From Octopus sinensis (lineage: Eukaryota): a DNA stretch of 64,000 nt. Where the stretch lies: contig NC_043007.1 in assembly GCF_006345805.1 (NCBI RefSeq), positions 75,950,001-76,014,000 of the forward strand. Reading direction: 5' to 3'. The stretch's first letter is position 1. Each line of letters begins with the position of its first letter. Under the pieces are notes generated by a model that was given only the letters and a program-made list of their open reading frames with translations, searched no databases and was not told the origin of the DNA. Positions 12,465 through 21,595 of this stretch are shown here, piece by piece. Both the position numbers and the translations under genes were made by a program.

Positions 12465-13330
12465 TAAGCTTACAAGGAATGAAGCCAGTATGCTCCGATG
12501 GATGTTTAATATCAGTGTGCATATATGACAGAGTAGAGACAACTGCGCTGGTATGGTCATGTGGTGAGAATGGATGAGGGTAGCTGTGTAAAAATGTGCC
12601 ACATCCTTGCGGTTGAGAGAACATGTGGAAGAGCTGGGATGAGGGGGTCAAGCATGACCTTCGAACATTAGGCCTCACTGAGGCAATGACTAGTGATCGG
12701 GACCTTTGGAAATATGCTGTGTTTGAGAAGAACCGGGAAGCCAAGTGAGACGATAACCTCGTGACCTAGGCCAGGGGTGTAACCAACCCACTTATGTGTG
12801 CCTTTCCTTCATTGGACGCTAAATTCTGCTTGCAAAAACCTGTTAAGGCAAGTGAAATCGAAATCAAATTTGATGACTGGTATCCATGCAAGTGGAGTGC
12901 TAAGAGCACTATCCGAGCATGATTATTGCCTGAGCAGGAAACTTGTTTCTGTGCCAGTGGCACATAGAAAGCACCATTCGAGCATAATCGTTACCAGCGT
13001 CGCCTTACTGGCACTTGTGCTGGTGGCATGTGAAAAAACATTCGATCGAGGTCATTACCAGTGCCACTGGACTGGCTCCTGTGCAGGTGGCATGTAAAAA
13101 CACCATTTGAGCATGGCTGTTGCCAATACCATCTAACTGGCCCTTGTACTGATGGCCCGTAAAAGCACCCACTACACTCTCAGAGTGGTTGGCGTTAGGA
13201 AGGGCATCCAGCTGTAGAAACTCTGCCAGATCAGATTGGAGCCTGATGCAGCCATCTGGTTTGCCAGTCCTCAGTCAAATCATCCAACCCATGCTACCAT
13301 GGAAAACGGACATTAAACGATGATGATGAT
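12465..13330 (+). mobile_element. RTE LINE 3' fragment (end of RT ORF, 3'UTR, (GAT)n tail)
   Basis: RNEASMLRW-type coding end matching 53183-53647, then the same 3'UTR and tail. Confidence 0.88.
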
Positions 13331-13345
13331 TATTTATTATATATG

Positions 13346-13389
<44 letters not shown>

Positions 13390-13392
13390 ATG

Positions 13393-13426
<34 letters not shown>

Positions 13427-13499
13427 TAGATAGATAGATATATTATCGGTAAATAATAAATCCGAAAAAGATGCACACTCTAAGTTATAGAACAGTATA

Positions 13500-14330
13500 G
13501 TATAAAGATAGATAAGACTTAGTCTATGAGATTACCCTGGGTTTCATATCTATAAAGTTCTTAGCTTTACAACGCATCATCAGACCCCAAAATCTGTTGG
13601 CACATGGACTCTCTAGAAAGTGGCTTCTCGAGAAGATGGGGGAGGAAAATAGTTCCTTATTTTGTCAACAACAGGGGATTGTCACCCTTTAGCTGTTATT
13701 CATAATCAACTCTGTTAGTGTGTGAACTCCAGGGTGCCAGCTGGAATTTCCTGGAACACAAACAGGGTTTGAAGACGTATATATATATTGCACAGTGATC
13801 ATTTTATGCTTATAAAATATTATTATCATTATTTACAGAATTGTAAAACTCAATGCTGCTTACCAAAAACCATCTCAGAAAAGCACATGAAGTTTGCTTA
13901 CAAAAACAACTCTGTGAACTAATTATAATTCTTAAATCTGATGGGAAGAAGCAAGGTTCTAGTGGTGGAAGCCCAAACTACAAGAGGCTTGTCCCACACA
14001 GAATGTTTCCAGTTATTTTTGGGTACCTCCTCATACTGAATATAGTGTACACATTGTCATCGAAGAGAGACAAGTGAAAAAGTATGTGTATGAGACATGT
14101 GAATTAGAGTAAGGTAGGGAGAGACAAAAAGAGCTGAAAAATGAAAGAAAGAAACTAATGAGAAAATGAAGGAGAAAGGCAGAGTTTTCTTGAATCCTCC
14201 TTGTTTTAATTCTGGGGTGAAGCAGAAGGATCAGGGATTTTCTTTTCTTCGAGAATTAATCTATGATGATTTTAGAGGGGTATGAAAATTTTGTAAGAAG
14301 CTCATTGAGAGATGGTGATGTTTTAAGACA
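13500..14330 (-). mobile_element. Highly decayed PLE remnant
   Basis: YIQ...(C)VGQ traces near 13990-14060 on minus and an HHR motif downstream at 13528-13588. The ORF is badly broken. Confidence 0.45.
13528..13588 (-). ncRNA. Type I HHR motif, same family as 8172-8233
   Basis: GGGGT|CTGATGA|TGCGTTGTAAAG-CTAAGAA-CTTTATAGATAT|GAAA|CCCAGGG|TA|ATCTC. Stem I 5 bp with 2 G-U; the base of stem II is mismatched. Confidence 0.55.
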
Positions 14331-14440
14331 AGCATGCAAACATGACATATATATATACTAATTAAAAGCTATGATTTAAAAGTAATATTTTACTTTTTAA
14401 AAAAGATAATCGTTTCAAAATTATTTTTCTGCTTCTACAG

Positions 14441-14653
14441 AAAAATGCTGTCACAACACAAAGACAAGAAGTTTTGGTTCAATCAACTGAGAGAAATGTT
14501 TTGCCAGCTGTTTATCCTCCAAATGTTTATCCTCTAAATGTTTATCCTCCAAATGTTTATCCTCCAAATGTTTATCCTCCAAATGTTTATCCTCGAAATG
14601 TTTATCCTCTAAATGTTGCTGGAGAAGCTACTCCTTCATCAAATTCACAATGA
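14441..14653 (+). CDS. Gene A terminal exon, cytoplasmic tail (70 aa plus stop) with (VYPxN)7
   Basis: Acceptor ttatttttctgcttctacAG, phase 0; KNAVTTQRQEVLVQSTERNVLPA(VYPxN)x7VAGEATPSSNSQ*; ATTAAA at 14704-14709. Confidence 0.8.
   Translation, partial: KNAVTTQRQEVLVQSTERNVLPAVYPPNVYPLNVYPPNVYPPNVYPPNVYPRNVYPLNVAGEATPSSNSQ
14510..14614 (+). repeat. Coding minisatellite, 7 x 15 bp GTTTATCCTC(C/T/G)AAAT
   Basis: Seven contiguous units differing only at position 11. Confidence 0.95.
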
Positions 14654-14705
14654 GATGGAATACAACTTTCATACTTTGACTAATTGTAAATTGTTTAAAA
14701 AGCAT

Positions 14706-14736
<31 letters not shown>

Positions 14737-14740
<4 letters not shown>

Positions 14741-14970
14741 TACACCATCTAGAAAATTACATATAATAGAAATATTAAATATAAGATAAAAAATAATATA
14801 CTATTTGATTTAGTATTTCTAAATTGAATTATATATATATAATTTGAGGGAATATTATTCCAAACTTACAGGGAAAAATTCAATTTAGAAATACTAAATC
14901 AAATAGTATATTATTTTTTATCTTATATTTAATATTTCTATTATATGTAATTTTCTAGATGTTGTAATTT
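14737..14970. repeat. Foldback: 94-bp arms (1 mismatch), 46-bp spacer
   Basis: 14737-14830 is the reverse complement of 14877-14970. Confidence 0.93.
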
Positions 14971-15029
14971 AATTTTTCATTTTGAATTGATAAAAGGAGT
15001 TTTTTTCTAATTTATATATATATATATTT

Positions 15030-15386
15030 TAAAAATATAAGTTTATGAAAGAATGGAGTTGAACGACTTGTTAACAAATTTCCTTTATTTTCGAAATATA
15101 TTTCGAAGGCTGCATATTCCTAATTCCGAAGAAATAAGGAGTACATTATGCAGATTTCTCATCAGGAAAGGTAAGGAACTTATGTCGACATCAAAATGCA
15201 CAAAAAACTTTTTGGTGCATTTTGATGTCGACATAAGTTCCTTACCTTTCCTGATGAGAAATCTGCATAATGTACTCCTTATTTCTTCGGAATTAGGAAT
15301 ATGCAGCCTTCGAAACATATGTCGAAAATAAAGGAAATTTGTTAACAAGTCGTTCAACTCCATTCTTTCATAAACTTATATTTTTA
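15030..15386. repeat. 357-bp near-perfect palindrome, centre ~15208, containing mirrored HHRs
   Basis: Mirror ORFs 15053-15331(+) and 15085-15363(-). Arms differ at 2 positions plus 1 near the centre, with virtually no loop. Confidence 0.95.
15230..15343 (+). ncRNA. Type I hammerhead ribozyme with complete canonical core
   Basis: TTTC|CTGATGA(15251-57)|G...C long stem II capped by C(UUCG)G (15285-90)|GAAA(15312-15)|C-ATAT-G|TC(cleavage after 15323)|GAAA. Stem I extends as 4 bp, 3x3 internal loop, then TTCCTT/AAGGAA. Confidence 0.85.
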
Positions 15387-15589
15387 TAATAAACATACAA
15401 ATTTCCGCACGAAAGCACGTAGTCTATGCCCTAGGGACGTAACTTCAACTGTGTTCTTTCTGATGTAAATTTGCTACCCAGGTATCGGTTATCTTTCGAA
15501 TTATCCTTAATAAGATAATTCATTCAACTACTCAAATATATGTATATATATATAGAGAGAGAGGGAGGGAGAGAGAGAGAAATAAATAA

Positions 15590-15745
15590 ATGGAGTTAAA
15601 TGCAGGCATTATTCAAATCCTTTTACTTCTGACATATGTTTCGAAGAAAACATTGGTATTATTCCAGAAGGAATAAAATGGTGCAAAACAATGCAATCTT
15701 TTCCTCAGGGAATATGATTTGAATAACACCTGCGTTTAACTCCAT
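15590..15745 (-). repeat. Foldback with ~30-40-bp arms enclosing a degenerate HHR
   Basis: TGGAGTTAAATGCAGGCATTATTCAAATC versus GATTTGAATAACACCTGCGTTTAACTCCA. Inside, on minus: CTGAGGA(15708-02)...CGAAACATATGTC(15643-31). Confidence 0.7.
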
Positions 15746-15784
15746 ATATTTATTTATCTATAAAATACAAAAACATTTCACCTA

Positions 15785-15865
15785 AACCTGGAGTTTCTAC
15801 CTTTATAGGTAGGCTGTTACATTCTTGGTACTTGTGTGAATTTTTGCTTCCCTGGTAATTATTTA
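15785..15865 (+). repeat. Short dispersed repeat, second copy at 20522-20600
   Basis: ACCTGGAGTTTCTACCTTT...TACATTCTTG.TACTTG.GTGAATTTT...CCCTG in both copies. Confidence 0.7.
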
Positions 15866-15934
15866 TTTATTTTTTCCATGTTAATTGTAAACATTGAAAA
15901 AACACACATACATTTAAATCCAGAAAAAAATGTG

Positions 15935-15982
<48 letters not shown>

Positions 15983-16273
15983 AAAAAGTAAAAGAATGAC
16001 TTTACTTGTAGTTCAAATCAATTTAAATTTCTAATAATTTCTCACATTTGTCGGTGGTGGTTGTCAACCACCAACAACTGCCACCGATGAATGTGAGAAA
16101 GTTCTCCAGAAATTTAACAAGGAGTCTTTAAAAATTTCCCCACACTAGATCTACAAACCAAGCTATAAAATTATATTATATTATTAGAAAATTGAATTGA
16201 TTAGAACTACCAGTAAAGTCATTCTTTTCCTTTTTCAAATATACCTAACTGTACCAAGGATTTCATGCATTTT

Positions 16274-16329
<56 letters not shown>

Positions 16330-16335
16330 TACATA

Positions 16336-16366
<31 letters not shown>

Positions 16367-16377
16367 GTACAAAATCG

Positions 16378-16670
16378 TAATCTATCAACATCAGTGGAAT
16401 TTGTAACTGTGATACCAGTGCCGGTGGCACGTAAGAGAACCATCCGACTGTGGCCGTTGCCAGCTTCGTCTGGTCTCCGTGCCGGTGGCACGTAAAAAGC
16501 ACCCACTACATTCACGGAGTGGTTGGCGTTAGGAAGGGCATCCAGCTGTAGAAACACTGCCAGATCAGACTGGGCCTGGTGCAGCCTTCTGGCTTCCCAG
16601 ACCCCAGTTGAACCGTCCAACCCATGCTAGTATGGAAAGCGGACATTAGATGATGATGATGATGATGATG
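16378..16670 (+). mobile_element. RTE 3'UTR and (GAT)n tail fragment
   Basis: Matches 53760-54123. Confidence 0.85.
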
Positions 16671-16712
16671 TATATATGTATATGTATATGTATATATATA
16701 CATATATATACA

Positions 16713-16761
<49 letters not shown>

Positions 16762-16800
16762 ATATATATATATACATATAAAACACACACACACATGCGC

Positions 16801-17000
16801 ATATTGAGAAAAAAAGTCATCAGAATTTTGGAAAACAATCCTTTTATTTCTTCATTATTATTAGCACTTTCGTTCTTTTCTAGAACTTGTCAAATGCAAA
16901 ATTGTATTTGACAAGTTCTAGAAAGGAACAATAGTGCTAATAATAATGAAGAAATAAAAGGATTGTTTTCCAAGATTCTGACGACTTTTTTTCTCAGTAT
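16801..17000. repeat. 200-bp imperfect palindrome, 2-nt loop
   Basis: 16801-16899 pairs with 16902-17000 with several substitutions. Confidence 0.9.
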
Positions 17001-17042
17001 TCAATTCTGTACATCACACCTAATTCTCTCTCTCTCTCTCTC

Positions 17043-17099
<57 letters not shown>

Positions 17100-17295
17100 T
17101 GCAATCAGGTTTTAAATGTTTGTATTCTAAAAAGGATTTATTCAATAACAGTAATTAAAATTTTTTAAATCAACTTTTCTAGTTCTTGTTTTACAACCAT
17201 GTCTATATAGCACATTAATGAATGTTTATATTCAAATTTTAAAGTAAATAAACTCTGTCAATTTATATTATTATCATTGAAGCTGTCTCAATTAA

Positions 17296-18087
17296 TCCTT
17301 TCAACCTGGAATTTTTTCTCAAGATTTACATGCATTTTCTCTAAAATTTTGGTAAAACTATATTGCGCAGATGCTTAGTATATGGCTTATGATGGTGCCA
17401 ATTATGTAGACACTATTTTTAGTCTGGTACATATTTATACCATTTGAGTTTTCTTATCTACCATGTATGTACCACTGTATTTAAATGAAGTACCATGTAT
17501 GTATCAGTTGTATCAAAATACCGCAGTGAACCTTGCAAAACAAAAATGAAAATTTCAATTATTAGGGAGTAATATGATGGTTCATTGAAAAACTGTATAT
17601 GCACTTTTGATTAACAACAAAAAGAAGTTTCTCTATAAAACAGTTTTATGACAACTGGTACAGTCTTAGCAATACAATAAACTACAATGGTACAAGTGTG
17701 TACCTATACAAAACCACAATAATGCAGGTGTGTACCACTCAAAACTATTTACTCTTAGAAATATGTTATGCAACATCGTTGCAAGAATATTACTCTCCAA
17801 TGCTTATAAACTATGCACAATATGTTTATGATTAAGTAAATACGTTTACAGTGAAGAAGATGTTATAAATGACTTACTAAAGTATGAGAACCAATTATAA
17901 ACACTTAAAAGCAGTTTGTAAATGTGGACCTTTTGAGCTGTCATTATAGTGTCTTACATTATGATCATGTCTGGTGCTAAATAACTACCAGAAAAACCAG
18001 AGTGGTACTATATAAGATGGGAATTTTAAAGATTTGGGTTGTAAAATTTTTGACTAGTACAAATATGTACCAACCAGGCTGAAAGGG
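17296..18087. mobile_element. Non-autonomous piggyBac-like element
   Basis: TTAA|TCCTTTCAACCTGG ... CCAGGCTGAAAGGG|TTAA: 14-bp TIR (12/14) with TTAA target duplication; no ORF. Confidence 0.75.
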
Positions 18088-19119
18088 TTAACATATCCAT
18101 CTGAGCTGTTTTATATTAACTACTTTTTATTATTAACTTTATTTTACTGTTCAGAGTGTTTAATACTAAAATTCATTTACCATACATAATTACATTACAT
18201 ATTTTTGTCAGTTTTCTATTTTCCTCAAATAAAGTATGTTCTTCATTTCTGTTTTGTTCATTAACCATTTATTATTCATAATTTTCATATTTTATTTTTA
18301 TATTGCTATTTGCATTCTAAAAATATTATTTTTCATTTACTAGACTTAGAAGATTTTGCTGAATTTTGTAATTATCTAAACTCATTCTTTTCATTCTATT
18401 TGTAATTTGTTACAAATGATCAACTCTACATTTGTATTTTATTAATAATATTTCCCAAAACATATTTTTGTGGCTCACTGATCCCCTTATCACTTATATT
18501 GTGTGTCTTTAAAAGAATGCTTTAGGAAGTTATCAGACATTTTCACTTTATTTTGTTTTTGTTTACATGTGTATACTTTGATGTATGTAATATTTCTATA
18601 TTAAAGCAAAATACATTTTTTTACATATATTTAGAACGAAATTAATTTAGACTATTAACCTAATGTTTGGTAAATGTTTTATGCACACTGTACTTTGTTT
18701 TAAGTAATTCCATATAACATAAAATTCTTTTAAGAGAAAAAGGAATGTTTTAGAAATGATTGGATTGTCACTCTTTTATCACTAAATGAAAGTTCTCCTC
18801 TTCCAAAAAGTTCATCTCTGGAGAGCTGGTTACTCAACCTGACAGATATAACAGCCAAATTTCTATTCGGTTACATTCTAAACAAAAGCAGAGAAAAAAA
18901 TTTTAAGAACCTTTTCCTTGAAGAATTTCAGTTTTTTCTATAAGCATGAAACTAATAGATGAGTAATAATGGTCATTATTTATAGAACATGAGAAAAAAT
19001 CTCAAGTTGTGCATTTGTCTTTAACTGAAATACAGTTGACAACATTGACTCATTTGCACCAGTAGATCACTAGGTCATGGAAATTACCATAATAATAGTG
19101 CCAAAAGGCTATCGTCCTC

Positions 19120-20110
19120 CAGGCCATAACAGAGCAATTCAAAACTGGGTACCCGTGGAAACTGCTATATGCTGATGTCTTTGCTCTTATTGTAGAGTCT
19201 TTAGCAGAATTGGAGAAGTTCCAGGTATGGAAACAAAACTTTGAATCAAAGGGCCTTAAAGTTAACCTAGCAAAGACCAAAGTTGTTGTTAGTAAGAAAA
19301 AAGATAAAACTCTTTCTATCAGGTAAATGGCTGCACTCAGCATGTAGGAAAGGAAATGGAAGAAATTCCATTTGCTGCACCCAGTGTAAACTATGGACAC
19401 ATAAGAAGTGCAGTAGAATCACAGGTAGATTAAGAGATAAAGTCATCTTTGTATGTGGCAAATGTGCAGGAACAATAAGAGCACATGGAACTTAGATTCT
19501 CTCAAATACTCAGGATGCTCTCTTAAGGTTGTCGATAGTTTCTGTTACCTAGGTGACCAAAATAGCAATGATGGAGAATGCTCTGAAAGTATTGTTTCTA
19601 GAATAAGAATTGGGTGGAGGAAGTTCAGAGAGCTATTACCTCTTTTGGCAACAAAAGGACTCTCTCTCTCTCAGAGTGAAAGGTAGACTATATGATGCTT
19701 GTGTGTGAACAGCCATATTCCACGGTAGTGAGACATGGGCTCTGAATGCAGAACACATGTAGACTGGAGAGAAATGAAGGTAGTATGCTCCATTGGATGT
19801 GTAACATCAGTGCATATGTACGACAAAGTGCAAATGTATTGAGAGAAAAGTTGGGCATAAGAGGAATTAAATGTAGCATGCATGACTGAAGACTACATTT
19901 GTTTGAACATATTATGTGTATAAATGAGGACAGCTGCATAAAGATGTGCTGATTACTGAAAGTAGATGGTACCTGCAGAAGAGGAAGACCCAGGAAGTCA
20001 TGGGATGATGTGGCAAGGTCCGATCTCAGAATGTTGAGCCTCATGGAGGAAATGACAATGGACCAAGATGTCTGATGCTATGAAGTTCTTGAGAAGACCA
20101 GCCCATGTCA
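19120..20110 (+). mobile_element. Decayed RTE LINE RT fragment
   Basis: WKLLYADVFALI, CTQCKLWTHKKCSRI, VVDSFCYLGD, WRKFRELLPLL; homologous to 52600-53650. Confidence 0.85.
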
Positions 20111-20599
20111 GTGAAACTTAGTTTTGGAAGTGCTGTGTGACCCACCTACACTTAACGAGAAAACTTCTCACACACTCTCCCACAAAGAAACCAAACTACA
20201 GTTCTACATCTCTTCTCTTCCTCACATTTCCACATCATGCACTACGCTTACCTCCCACTCCTCAATCCTGTCCTGTATCATTACACTCCACTAGCTTCCA
20301 ACCTGTGTGTTCCACCCACATGCCCTGTCTCACTGTATCATTGCTATTTGCTAGCCCCTGACCTGTGTTTTCCACCCACACATAGCAAAACCTTTTCACA
20401 CACCCAACCCCAACAAACCAATCTACATCTCTACATCTCTTCCTCACATTTCCTCCTTCATACACTATGCCTAGCTCTCACTCCCTGACAGCCCTGTTCC
20501 TCTGTATCATTGCTATCCATTAACCTGGAGTTTCTACCTTTGAATAGGTCGCTACATTCTTGTTACTTGCGTGAATTTTGCTACCCTGTTAACTGTTTA

Positions 20600-21115
20600 T
20601 TGAATTTTCTGGGAAGCTGCATCAGGCTCCAAACTGATCTGGCAGTGTTTACACAGCTGGATGCCCTTCCTTACACCAACCACTCCATGAGTGTATTTGG
20701 TGCTTTTTACATGCCACTTGCACAGGAGCCAGAGGGGGCTGGCATCGACCACGTCTGGATGATGCTTTTTCGTGCCACTGCCACGGGAACCTGTCATGGT
20801 GGCGCTGGTGTCTGTCATGTTTGGATGGTGCTTTTTACATGCCACCGGTACAGAAAACAGTACGGGTGAGGGTGCAGGCATTGATCACATTCAGATGGTG
20901 CTTTTTATGTGGCAATGGCATGGGGAGCTAGACAGGCCGCAGTTACAATTTCCATTTGATTGTGGTTTCATTTGATTTTGATGTTGATGCACTTGGCTCA
21001 ATAGGTCTCCTCAAGCAAGGCATGTCACCCTACAGCCCAAAGGTAATTTTTTGAGTGGGCTGGTTATGTGACACTGGCAAAGGCTAGAGCTGTGATCTCA
21101 CTTTATTTGCAAGGC
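20600..21115 (-). mobile_element. RTE 3'UTR fragment, diverged
   Basis: CAGCTGGATGCCCTTCC and repeated GGTGCTTTTTACATGCCAC units. Confidence 0.75.
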
Positions 21116-21135
21116 TGCTATATATATCAATATAT

Positions 21136-21210
<75 letters not shown>

Positions 21211-21595
21211 TGTTTCTTTATTAGCCACACAGGGCTGCACACAGACAGGACAAATTACAAGGTAGAGCTTTTCTTTTGGAGGTAAAAAAGGGGGTTTGGT
21301 TTTCGATCAATAGGGATCGTAAAAGGAAAGAAAGAGGACAAAAAAGGGGGGGGATAAAATTTAAAAAAAGGGAAAGGAAAAGAAAGGGAAAGAAAAAAAT
21401 TGATCAATAGGGATCGTTATCACAGAAATGTCAATATAAAGTGTAAAGGGGAGGACAGGTAAGGTTTACCCGTGGAAAGAAAAGCCTACGGAAAAGACCT
21501 CGGTCAATGAAGTCACATGTTATATTCTTTTTACAAATAAGCAACTCTCTGTCTTAATTTTTACGGTTCATAGGATCATAGTCAAGGTGGCTTCG

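Noticed and set aside
14510-14614. Regular short repeats (also the RTE 3'UTR units) as a CRISPR-like array
   Set aside because: No unique spacers and eukaryotic context; these are a coding minisatellite and a LINE UTR.
16970-17000. CTGACGA / CTGATGA in the arms of the 16801-17000 palindrome as hammerhead cores
   Set aside because: No stem II or GAAA follows on either strand.
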